From: Lama glama
Lineage: Eukaryota
Direction: 5' to 3'
Assembly: GCA_028534125.1 (NCBI GenBank)
Contig: CM052817.1
Location: 19,532,001 to 19,596,000 of the forward strand
DNA: 64,000 bases
In this document: in pieces, positions 1 through 12,573 of the stretch
How the letters are laid out: each line of letters opens with the position of its first letter
How positions within the stretch are numbered: position 1 is the first letter of the stretch
Notes under the pieces: model-generated
What the model saw: only the letters and a program-made list of their open reading frames with translations
What the model was told of the DNA's origin: nothing
Databases searched by the model: none
Made by a program: the position numbers and the translations under genes

Positions 1-3000
1 CCCAGATTCTCCGTAGACTATATTCCATATCATATCTTTATTAAAGAGAATTAGTAACAAGCAAAACTAATTTTGGTTAACAAAGTGGAAAGCCAACTTT
101 TAGTGCAATGATATTAAGTAACTCAAAGAGTCAGCCGAGGCAGCCTGGCGAACCAATGTCAGAATATAGAAAGACACCAAGTGAAAAATATGTGACGATG
201 GGTGTCTTTACCCTGTAGACAGTCTGAAGGGGATTCTGTCCTTGGCTGTGTGCGATGAGGTGCTTCATCATTCAGGGGACACTGACGCTCCTGCTGGACA
301 TCATCCCTCCGAACTGTTACAAGGCTTCTGTCACTAACACTAGATCCAGAGCCCCCTGGGAACCCCTGGTTGACTGAGTCAGTGCCACGGTCCAGTGCAT
401 CGATTCACAGTTGTTGAGGAGAGAGAGTTCTGGCCCCCTTCAGCTTTGCGAGTAGAAGGCAGAGGCTTCTCCTTCCACACATTCACATATTTGAAATTTT
501 TTAAAGTAAAAAGGCAGTTGGGGTTCTAGTAGAACAAAATCAAACTCAAAAGAATGCTGCAGGTCACTATTTTGAACTCTAAATATTTACATACATCATT
601 TCTCCTCTTTCGTTCCCCCAAATACGCTCTGTCCTAACTAACTCTGGGGTAATGAGACCTGGACTCACCTTCCCTCCACAGGGGGACACACAAGGTTTCC
701 ATCAATATTTACAACCACATCCAGGAAATCTTTATTTTTGGCAACTTATAATCAAAAATCTTAAAGGTTAATTCCACCAATGCTTCTCCCAGTTGATGTT
801 GGGAGAGGAGGGAGGAAAATAATGGAAATCAGTTGGAGACTACATTCCTCCTTCTACAACTAGTCAATTAGCCAAAGTCGATTAGCTCCTCTGCTGTCTG
901 TTTCACATTTTCTTTCCTGCCAGCCATCACTTCAACTGGTTGAGAGACTCCTTAATGCACTTTATATTCAAAATCTGTATTCCCTGGGAATATGTGACTT
1001 TAGAAGCCCTACCTGAGTGTGTGCTCTGGTCATCCATTAGCTTCTCTCACTCAGTGTGGAGGGATCAGGAAGCATTGAGCGGGTTTGTTAATATACTCAT
1101 CTTTGATTCGTAGCATAGATCCTAATTCACTTTAACATTGCAAGGTTTTTTTTTTTCCCCCAAAGCCCATGGACCATGGTGCTAGCAGAGGCATTCCAAG
1201 TAAAATGGACTTAAGCATCTATCCCATCAGAGATGAATTACTCCTCTTCCATGTCTGAAGAGGTCTAATATAATACATATGCACCTGTCGTCATTATGGT
1301 CCTAATAAGTAATATTTACACCGTGTACCAGGCACTGATCCAATACCCTATTCAGTGGGGGATTGCAGTCGTCTCCATTATACACTTTTGGACTCACACT
1401 GGAGAGTGAAATCGTTTGCTACTGCTGACAATTAGCATCAGTTTTGTACTTCAAACAACAGGCGAGTCAGTCTAGCCTTACTAAGGAGAGGATTATCGTT
1501 GAATCTGTTCATAGTCCGTCTCCCTTTCCCCCCATTGTGGCCCTTTTTGCTATCAATTTCACTGAGAAAATGTTAGGTTTGCTGACTCACATCCCCAGGA
1601 CAGTTTAAGTTGTTGCATCTGGTAAGTAAGTTTCTGTGTTGGTTAGAGCTAATGGTGAATATTCGCAAATGATGCATGTTCTTACTCTCTGGCCCCATTC
1701 CAAAAGGACCTTCTATGAAATCTTCCCCAAAACTTCTTCTTATTAATAATTCATTCTTGGTCCTGCAAAGCCCTTGGTTATTTTTATAAAAATTAACCTC
1801 CCTTCACAAATTGCTGTAGATTCTAACATATCAATTTTCTTCCTGGAAAAGTGAAAAAAAACCCAAAAAAACAAAAACCCCCCAAAAAACCAAGATGTAC
1901 TTCTTGCTACTCAGCCCATGAGAAGTTTCAACAGTTCTGTTTTCTTTCTAGGGTATTTCTGAATGCTACTGAACTACGTTAGCTACTGTTTGCTCTGCAC
2001 GTGCATTGATTAACCAGATTCGCACTGTTTTTTTTTTTCCTGAACTTTATTCAAACGGTGAAAAGGGAACTCTCCATGAGATTATGAAGGTGGATTGAAG
2101 GAAAATCAGCACTGGCAGCAGCAGGCCAGATGACAGGATCAACTCTCTGATCACGAAATACACATATGACTTCAGTGCCTGCCCAGACCCATTCCTCGTA
2201 CGCCTGTCACTTGAAAACGAAATCGTGCTGGTTACAGCTAACTGATGGGTCAGTGGAAGAAAGAACAACCATTGATGGCGGCTTGGTCTCCATATCAATT
2301 ATTTCTTTTCTGTCAGGTTCCACTAGTTAATCAAGAGCTACTTCTTACAAGAAGAAGAAAACCAGGTTGCCATCTGCCCTAATTCAGAGGCTCGCTGTAG
2401 GCTCCATATGACAACAGACTGCAGAAGATACTTTGAGCTTCATGGAAACTAATAACTTAAACGCGGCTAGTGAAAGAGTTAATGATTTTGGAAACTAGTC
2501 CAGCCCATACATCTTCTCTTGCTGCGTACTCCACTCACGATTGGAAACTTTCGGGTTTTAAATGAGCAAGAACAGCACATCCCAAAGTAGCATATGTTGA
2601 CTCTATTAGCATCTAAAAATAATTATACAGAGAAATGATGTCATTTTCAGGATATATATGCTGTTTCATGGTGAAAAAAGAATAAAAGTTTAGCCACACT
2701 AGGTAATGGATCTTTTAATTATCACGCTTACTCAGTTTCTATAGCTATTGCTACCGCATTTACTATACCTAGTTATTTTATTATTTTTTTTTATCTTTTT
2801 CTTCTTTTCTCTGAAAGTAGCCAAACCACCATGTAAAGCCAGATGCAGGTCTTCTGCCAGATTGCTTCTAAACTAAGACAGGAGGTTTTCAGTGTCGTAG
2901 GGCTCTGAGCCCCCATGCTTCACATTGCTAAGACACTGTGAGGGTGAAACACACAATTCTGCACATTCCTGTTTAACTCAATCACTGCCATAAATGTAAG

Positions 3001-3104
3001 CTTTCTTCAAGTAGTACCTCTGACCTTATAATTCTATAATTGTGTGCATATATCCTCAAGGACTCAACCCTCTCCCCTCCCCTCCCACCTAAACTACTCC
3101 AGTG

Positions 3105-3440
3105 TGCCCATGGCTAGGGAGGCGTCTTTGTGTCCCTTTTCAAGCACTGAAACCTTACATTCAACATGATGATATTTTGAGGAGGGGCCTTTGCGAGGTG
3201 ATTAGTTCCTGAGGGCAGAGCCCCCATAAGTAGAATTAATGTCCTTACAAAGAGGCTCCGGAGCGCTTCCTGGCCCTTTTACCACGTGAGGACTCCGGGA
3301 CAAGGCGCTGTCAGTCTCGCACCAGATACTGACCATGATCTTGGGCTTTTCAGTCTCCAGAACTGTGAGAAATAAATAATATTTGTTTGTGAGCCACCCA
3401 GTTTATGACATTTTTATAGCAGCATGAACAGACTAAGGCA
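3105..3440 (+). mobile_element. MLT1A/MST-type MaLR solo LTR
   Basis: Contains GGAGGGGCCTTTGCGAGGTGATTAG...GAGGGCAGAGCCC and the typical end CTCCAGAACTGTGAGAAATAAA...GAACAGACTAAGGCA. Confidence 0.85.
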
Positions 3441-6400
3441 CCCGTGGAATCCTGAAATGCAATCAGCAACCTCCCCTTGATTCTTCAGCATTTGGCAGTG
3501 CACTCCTTGGCCACTGCTCTGTGCGCCCCTTACACTCAACTGAGAACGTGTTGGTTCTGCTAGACAAACAGCTGTCGTTGAAGCCCACCGAAGCAAAATA
3601 TGTTTATTGTCACATATTTCAGAGACACCAGAATCAGGAGTTAGAGCCACCACTCCATTCAAATGTCCCTGCAAATCTACACTATTTGGGTTGGAACTTC
3701 AGCTTTACAAATAAAGTCTGCAAATGATACTTTTTTTTTTCTTTAAAAATGTTCTCAGTTGATATTAAATGCATCAGAAACTATTCTGAGGCAAGACACT
3801 AAAAGTATGTTGTTCATTAAACATGTAAAGAGGACACTGAAATTTAGGTCATGGTTGTACAAATAACATACTGGGATTTTAATTGGAAATGTAATATGAG
3901 TAGCTGTGCTGTTAACACTCCCAATTCGGAAATGAATTAAAATATTTTAAGAGAAGTTTCATGGAAAAAAAATCAAACATATCACTTTGGCTTGATTAAA
4001 GGGAGCTTTCAAAAAATAAAAAAAGTTTCCTGGATTGGCCGCTATGCTCATTTTGACTCCTCATGATTATCAAGATATTCTGGTTGCATTGAGTTTTTGC
4101 CTTCTCACTGCTTCTGCTCATTTAAGCACCTTCTCCAGCATGTGAAAGGAGAGAAATTAAAACTCTAGTCAACCTGGCTTATTACTTACAGATTTATAAT
4201 AAAATCAAAACCCAAAATGAGTTCTTGCTATTTGTAAGTTTCGTTTATTAAGGAATCATTTACTTTAACACATAATAATAATATAATAAAACTAGACACA
4301 ATAAGAAAACACTTTGCCAGTAATTTGGCATCACAGCACTTTCTTATAGCCCCATTCCATGCGTGGTAGGATCACTGAAATAATAATTGTTTATAGCGGT
4401 AATAAGTACAATCTGAATTGAAGTCACCACATTTGGAGGCACACACACAAAAATGCCATTTTTCAAAAAAAAATCATCTTAAGGTTGTTCTTCATCCTGT
4501 TGTTTGTTGTTGTTTCACTTTGTGTTTTGGAAGTTAGTACAATAAAGACACAACAAAAGCTCCGGGTTCCTGGAAATGGTTAGAAAACATTAATTTCAGC
4601 AGTTAATGGGAATTCAGTATGACCAGCTATTTAATGTTATTCATTAGTATTTATTTGTGTTGCTGGTTTGACTTTTACATTTGGAAATGCATCTATGAGG
4701 CATTACATTGCAATGAATTCTCTGCAGAAACCTTCATAAATATTCTTTGTTTGCATCTTTGTTTGCATTTCCTTCAATTGCACCAATCTATCCTTGTCCC
4801 TATTCCCTGTACACTTTAAATTTATTCATCCAAAATGGACTACAAAGCCTGTAAAACTTTGAAGTCTAAGTGTTGCGATAGGAGACTTCTTTTAGCATCT
4901 TTCTCCTATTATCTCATATTTTTCTTACTGTTCCCAGTCAGAGAAGTTCTTTCTGCTTTACATGTTTCAGCCGTTTCTTCAACAAGCTAAACTTAAATAT
5001 TAAATTTAAATATTTATCATGGCATTAATATTTTTAGCACTGCCGTGTGCTAAGTGGCTGATGCTGGTGTCTGTGACTTGTTAGGGATGTTGACTCCTTT
5101 TGATCTTCCAGATCACATCTAGTCTGAAGGCCTTCATTATTATTAATTTAGTGGCTCTGGCTGAGAACTTTGAATCAAATTAGTTAATGAAAAATTAAAA
5201 TGTAAAGGTTACTGAAAATATTCTGTCTTGTTTTCTTTACTTGGTTGAAAGGGATGAGGAGAAATTTTGATATTTCACGATAGCTAGTGCTACATGGCGT
5301 GGTGTGTCCTACATCTACTCAGATGAGTTGGACGTTGTGATGGTTCATCTGTGATGGTGCAGTGGTTCCAGGGGTCTATGACCTTGGCATTTGGATTTGT
5401 TCTTTCAGGGGTAGGGGGCATGAATTATGTGTTTTCCCCTCCAAATTCCTAACGGCTTAAGGCCATTCTGTTTCAAAGTGTTAAACCTTGGGGGACCTGG
5501 AGCTGGCTTATTAGCAATTTCAGGTGAGCCAGAAGAACTAACTGTACGTACTTTACAAATCTCTGTAACATTATAAGGATACTATATAACATTATAAAGA
5601 TGTTATGTTCTAAAGTGGATCATAATGTTTATATTTCAAAATGAGACCTAGTAGAACATAATGAGATGAATTGAAGTTTTAAGGGTGTTTTTTGTTTGTT
5701 TGTTTTTTTAACATAGCATTAGGGGCATTTGTTCTCACATATTCGACCCCTCCCTTTCTGATGTGCTGCACCTGTAACCGCCCTGACTCAGAGTACACTT
5801 ACCTGAATATCCGGGAAAGGAGAACTTCCTTTTGGTAGAAGGGAGGTGATTTTGCTATTAACTTGTTACCGTATCTTCTTCCCTATGATTATACTTTGGG
5901 GAATTCTATGGCTTGGATGCTCTCCTTTATAAAAGAACACAAAATAGGAACCAAAAGTGAACGTACCAGCAGTCCCCTCTGGTACTCCTCTCTGCCTAAT
6001 GCTGCATTTGGGGAAAGTGATATTTTTAACAGTTCAATGGCAATAATAATATAAAAAAACCTCCACTAAAATCCAATAAAAATCCCACTTAATAGGTGTA
6101 TGGTGTGAGGGGTAAGAAAGGGTTTTTGGGAGATACTCTCACAAATTTTAATATATAAGCAAGACACCAGCCTCCATTGTCTTTCACTAGGGGTCTGCAA
6201 TTTCAATAAACAATCACTGACTCTTACGTTTTTGTTATATCAGAGACAACACAAAACCGCTATATATATTTATCAAGCAAGATGTTGCACCATAAATGAC
6301 CCATCAGTGTTTCTATGAACATAGAAACTGTGTCTAGCATGTTCAATTAACCCCAAATTTTAATCCAAGAGAAATAGCATTTTGATAGCCTTTCCCACAA

Positions 6401-9400
6401 ACCTAGCCCTCAATTATGCTTGTGAAGAGCAAGCACGATGCATCTGTCAGGTCCGTTGCTCCATGTGGATATTTTAAACTGTTTTCCTCAAAGGTGAGGG
6501 GAGTGCAAGACACTTAAGCGTCTGTGGTCCTGACTAGTACATACATGGTGAATGCTCACAGTCTCAAGAATAATTCTTTCCCCGAGCATTACTCTTCTGA
6601 GAAATTGTCAAAATGTGCTTGAATAGAAGTCATTTCTTTTATTGTTAAAATCACATGCTAAAAACTGTGAGCTACATAGCAATTTCATGTGCAACCGATT
6701 GCCAGTAAACAGTCTTGAACTGTAAAAATATCACTGGTACAGGTAAGGGGCTTTGGATTTTGTTCTTGTCTGCTATTTAGCATCTGAGGGACGGTCAGCT
6801 CTCAAGTAAGCATCTGCACTATAAAACCATATTAATAAAAGAGTAAATAGCATTATGATTATTGTTATTATCATTATCTTTGTTTTAATCCTGTGTTGGT
6901 GGTTCTGGGCATAGAAATCAACAATGGGGAATTTTTTTTTCTGTATTATTTAAAGTAAATTTTTCCCCCAATTTTTATTTAATTTTGTTTTCCAGAATAT
7001 TTAAGATTCTATAGACATTAGGTATTTTTTTTTTCTTTTCAATAAACATGGACTTTAGGAGGATGTATACTTTGCATAAATTTTACTTATAGTGACAGAA
7101 AAAGTCACAAACTTCACCATTACCTCACTGTTTACTAAGTTGATCAGATAGCACAGCCACAGCCCCGCTCTAATCCCATCTCCGAATAACAAACAAAACA
7201 AAACAAACAAAAAACAGAGGAAAAAAACATTACACAGAGATACATGCTTTACCCAATTGAATTTACACCCAGCTAACAAAATGTCAAAGCCTGTTTATCC
7301 TGAGCCATGTTTGTTATTTCAAACAATACAATTTTTAAAAAATGTTTTTTTAAATTTTTATTTTGTGATTCACAATGTTGTATTAGAGCATGCGGAGGCA
7401 CAGAGTAAAAATACTTTTTAAGCGTGACAATCCCCCATGTAAGAAAGGAATCTGAGTGCGTGTGATTTGCACTGTCCTTAGAGAAAGGCAGATTGCTCAG
7501 AGCAGTGCTTTATGAAGACAATCATTTGGCATCTTGATGGTTTGTCATACTGCTTAATCTCTTCTGTGGGTCAATTTGATTCAACGGAACATTTCTGGAA
7601 AATGTAACTATCTTCAAAGGATCTAAATAATCCATAGACACTGGAGTTGTGACATATGCTAGCATTAAGGACTCCAGTCATTGCCTAGACAAAAGTAACA
7701 GTAAATATATCCCTTAAAAGGCACTTAAATTACCCATAAAATATAGATGTTATCTGATATACTCTCAATTACAAACCAGGGTTTTGATGCCTGTAAAATG
7801 ACAGATTAATTTAAGAGTTCTTAAGATGTTCTAATTATAGTTATAGCTAGTGATTACAGCTAACAATTATAGAGCCTTTTCTCTGAGACAGAAAAACACA
7901 ATGGCATATAATAAATGCCACAAAACTTCTAGGTATTATTATTGTTGTGTTTATGATGATTATTCCTAGCTGAGAGTTCTTTGCATTCTATCAAGTCTTG
8001 ATGTTTTTCATTTTCCCACTCTTCATCAATTATATTATCTTATTCCTATTTCACTCTCTCTCCTTTAACCCTACAAGGTAATTCCTGAATAAAACACAGC
8101 AAGAGACATGGATTTACTCTGAAATTAATAAAGCATCAATTTCAGGGCTCCACTCAAATGGACCCCTTCCAAAACCTTGTCAGGACCTTAGCAATGAGTG
8201 GGTTGTGTTTATTTGCAAGCTCTTTAAAATACAGCATTTTAGCTGATCAGTTAAGAATACTATCCCCTACTCCAAGTTCCCTTTATTTTCTGCTGTCAGA
8301 GTGGTCTTGGGATATTTTCTCCTTGATTAAAGTAAAGAGATGTTGAGTTGGAGATTCATATAATTTAAATTTAATAGTGTATATTTACGTGGTCCATGTA
8401 TGCATAGTCGGCTAGCCATCCTGGTATAGGTATGACTCCTAAGAACACCTGTAACAGGCACTGTGTTGATTCAGTATATTAAGACTCTAAGATTATGACC
8501 TGAGGTGTAACTGCAAAGTATATAGCTGATGGAGAAAAAACAAAGTTGGAAATGTCCAGAGGCAGAAGTTCTTGAGCCTTCTCCAATCATCAGACATGTA
8601 AGATAATAAGTGATCAATTTAGTTACATTAAATATCTAATTACACAGAAGTTATTTTTTTGATAGAGGTTTTCCTGGTGTGATAGCATTTTTTAAAGTAC
8701 ACGTCTCATCTACAGTAGAATTACAAAGCTGAAGGAAATTTACCACGTTTTGTTATCTCTAAAAAAAACACAAATTTTGATCAGCCTCAGAAGAGGACAG
8801 TCTACATTATCTTTGTATTTTAAGTGTAAAAAACAATGTTGTAAAATCATTTGAAGAAGTAATCCATGTACAGCCAAAGAGCTGGGAAAAAGAGAAGTGC
8901 CAGTCAGTTAAAAAATAATGTTCTTTTTCTGTGTTCTGTCTTTTGGTATTTGCTATCTTGTTTGTGTATTTGCAGTTTTCTCAAAGGCTGAGATATCTGG
9001 CCTTCTTGGAATCCCCCTCCAGCATTAATGTGTTTTATTAAAGATTGAGGTTAGTAACCACAACCAGAGAACAGTTTTTCTCTAGTTGTGAACCTCTTTG
9101 AAGAGGTTGTAAAACAAGAGCCTCTCTCTTTGACTTGAATTTGGTTATAATGGGCAGCCTATTTATGCATGAAGTCCAACTGAAACTGAGACCAAGTAAT
9201 TACCTTTGTTCCCCTGAATTTACCATAGGACATTCTGTTCCTAACTACTGTTTTAAACCTCAATACCTAATGTCAGTGAGGAGATACTCTCATTAGGAGC
9301 ACACATTGTAGACACTTTGAAACTATGCGTGTTCAAAATCTCAGTCCTACAAATATTTGCCTAAAACCAGTTAGAACAAGCTTGAGTCTGTCAGGCCACA

Positions 9401-10984
9401 GGAGACGTAAGGGTATATAATCACGGGCTGGCACATTTCATGGTCTCAAGTCCCACGCCTTCGCCTTTTCTCTTTCTTCTCATTTAGATGTTGACCTAAA
9501 AAGGTATGGATCATTCTTAAATGTGATTTCAGCTCAGCTACCAGCCTACACTTGGGACTTGGAAAATTATTATTGTTCGTTCTGATAATAAAATATTCAA
9601 GAATGCTGACAGACTGCTAGGTGAAAATCCATATTAAATCTGTCTACTGAGTTTGTTCTAAGAAGATGCAGCACTGCATATGAAATGTAGGATTGTGGAA
9701 TCCAAATAATCCAACTTATGTCAAAACTAAACAAATCATCTACCACGGTCTCAAGAAAATAATAATAATAGCCTGTCTAGAGCACATTATCTATAGCAAC
9801 TTGTGAACAAAATTCTTCCGTGAATACATTAGCATGCAAGTGCAGATCTTGCCAGGTGTAGATTCTGCTTACTCTCAGTCCTCAGGTTTTTAAAATTTCT
9901 TTGATAACCTAATATACCAATTTGAGATATGAATTTACTGTCTACAGGATTTTAAGCTTCAGAAATGCTAGACTGCCAACTTTCCAGTCTTTCTTACTCC
10001 TGCATTAATTAATGCAAACCAGTGTGATGAGTTACACAGGGTTCCACTGGCAGTTGCCTGAAGTACAGCCTGCTTGCCATCTATTCTATAACGGAATAGT
10101 TGAATGTAGAAACTCAGAAAGTGGGACATTATAAATATCTCCTTAACCATCCCTTGCAAGTAGATTAAAGTCAGTGACAGAGAGCAGAGTAAACTTCAGT
10201 TAGAGCAATCATCTTCCTATTAGGAAGAAGTGTGGTGTCCATTTTGGACTCTCCTTCTCAAAATTATCCTAAGGGACTTGGACAGGACCAGAATGGAATA
10301 ATGAGAATTATTAGGCAGGGGGAAATCTGGCCTTCTTCTACTCTTGTAGACCTGTAAAGAATTATACCCAACACCCATACCTACCGACAGTTGTGTTTTA
10401 CTTCAGCTGAAAGGATAGAAGTTGAAGTGGGAACTTTAGTTAATACCTCAAGATGTTTTTGCTTGATAAGAATGAAAAGTAATTTAACTATATATAAAAC
10501 ATGTAGTAATCATAATATTTGGTAGCCGTTTTTAGGATTGCATTCTCGATACACTGAGAATGAGTGACATTGGATTTGAAGACTACACCACAAAAGCAGT
10601 TGAGCCTGCATCTTCTCTGATGCTATTTCTTTTATGCAGTAGTTCCTGGGTTCTTTATGACTGATTCAGATATTATAAGGATCCTTTTGATGCCTCTGGT
10701 CATCTTGATGTTCAAGGTCATGGCTGATTTGTCTGAAAATTTGCAGTTTGTTGCTATTTCTGTCACTACCCTTGACACCCTTGAGTCGGGAACAGCAAGC
10801 TCTTAGCCACTGATGGAGTCTGAGCCTTCCTGCCCACCACACAGCATCAGAGTGGCTCCAGGCTTAGCAAGAAATCCTGGAGAACAAGGCCCTACGCAGT
10901 CTGATGTGGAACCGGGGACATAATTGACATTTTTGATTTGCAGTGTCTTTTTTTCCAGGAGTCTTTTAATTTCATTTAATTCTA

Positions 10985-11600
10985 ATCAACTTATTGTTTT
11001 GTAAACTCCAGCTCTGCGGCAGGCATTACGCTGAGAATAAAACACAATCCTGCCTTCAAGCAGATCATATCCTCTTCTATAAAACAGACAAATATACCAA
11101 TAGTAAAACGCATACTATAGTGGAAATTTGCTCCAGTGGTTGCTTCTGAGAGCAACCAGTTATGGGACACCTCGCTCAGCCCGGGTGAATCAAAGAAAAC
11201 GTCATGAGTGGGTAATAGATGGGCTTAGTCTTGAAGGATGAGTAGGTATTAGGGACTGAGAGATGAAAGAGAAATACAGAAGGAGAGCAACATGTATAAA
11301 TCTCAGCCAGCTTCTTGAAGAGTCATGGTTGTGGGGGAAGAAGTGCAAATAGCTTAAACTGGCACATGGAAGTGGTAAACAGAGAACATTTTATAAAGAG
11401 ACCCAGCCCTGATTTGGAGACTTGACTTTATGCTGAAACAGTGAGGAGCCATAGATGGAATTTAGGAGATATAAAAGGAAAGGTCACATAAAATTTATAT
11501 TTTAAATGCATCACTTTGGATATGTATGAAACATGGATAGAGGAAATTGGAAGTGGAGTAGTTAAGATGAAGGAGGCAAAAGAGTTAAGTGACAGTACCC
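10985..11600 (-). mobile_element. L2 LINE fragment
   Basis: CCTGCCTTCAAG, AGTCTTGAAGGATGAGTAGG and GACTTTATGCTGAAACAGTGAGGAGCCA are typical antisense L2 3' motifs. Confidence 0.7.
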
Positions 11601-11659
11601 TTTATTGCAAGTCTGAAATGTAGAAACCGCGTGATCCTTTTAAAAGGTTGATGACGATG

Positions 11660-11855
11660 ACAGTTCTGGGTTGCAATTCTGGTTGTGCCACTCATTACCT
11701 ATGCAGTTTTAGTTAAAATATATTTAATCTCTCTAGGTCTCAGCTTCTGCTTTCTTAAATTCTTGAGGGATTAAACACTGCAGCATAAGTGATGTTCTTG
11801 GCATAGTGCCTGGATTATATTATACAATAAATAAATGTAGGAAATCCACTATTAC
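11660..11855 (+). mobile_element. MIR SINE
   Basis: MIR core CTGGGTTGCAATTCTGG...TTTAATCTCTCTAGGTCTCAGCTTC, with tail GGCATAGTGCCTGG...CAATAAATAAATGT. Confidence 0.75.
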
Positions 11856-12379
11856 TATTAATCCCGAAGACAATAGCAATAACAGTTAAAAAAGAACAGT
11901 TGTAAGTGATTAGTCAAATATTGTGGCAAAATGTCAGCTAAATTCAGGAGTAATATTTTTGAAAAGATAATGTCACAAAGATGCTCCCTTGGGTAAAAAC
12001 ACAAGTAAAACAAAATTATCCAGAATCCCTCACGTGCAACAACAATCATACCATCACAATGACAACAGCAACCACCAGCATCAACCACAACTTGAATAAA
12101 TTTGATTCTTTCTTTGTCATGACACAGAGCAAAAACCAAGAGGCAGTTTGCTGAACTGTTCACGTATATAATATCATCGCAAATAGCCAATCTTCCTGTG
12201 TCATTTTACCTCGCGAATTTGACTAAAAATACAAACTCAAAAGTAGGAGGAAGCAAAAATGATTCTTCACTGATTACGTGAAGAAGAGAGACAAGAACTA
12301 GGAAAAAGAGAGATGAGGGAGTGGGAGGGAGAGTATGAACAGATAAATAGGTTTGGGGGGAAGAGATCCACATTCCTTA

Positions 12380-12535
12380 GACATTTTCTAGGCGTGATGC
12401 ACTATTTTGCGCATAATGAATCCTTGTCACAACATTGTAAACTATAGAAGATTGCTACTATTTTATTGACTGGGAAACAGAAATTCCAAAAGGTTACATT
12501 AGTTGGTGAAATTTACACCACTGGGAGGAAGTTGT
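12380..12535 (-). mobile_element. MIR SINE fragment immediately upstream of the viral element
   Basis: CTATTTTATTGACTGGGAAACAGAAATTCCAAAAGGTTA resembles the antisense MIR core CCCATTTTACAGATGAGGAAACTGAGGCTCAGAGAGGTTA. Confidence 0.55.
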
Positions 12536-12573
12536 GGTCAAAACAAAGAAAAAAATAAATGTAAACAAACCAA

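Noticed and set aside
5409..5523. Possible exon (TTCTTTCAG acceptor, CAG|GTGAGC donor)
   Set aside because: No recognisable coding product and no supported partner exons. Such site pairs arise by chance in 64 kb.
12525..12536. GAGGAAG as a filovirus gene-start signal (GAGGAAGATTAA)
   Set aside because: Only 7 nt match contiguously, it lies outside the candidate TSD, and it overlaps the MIR end.
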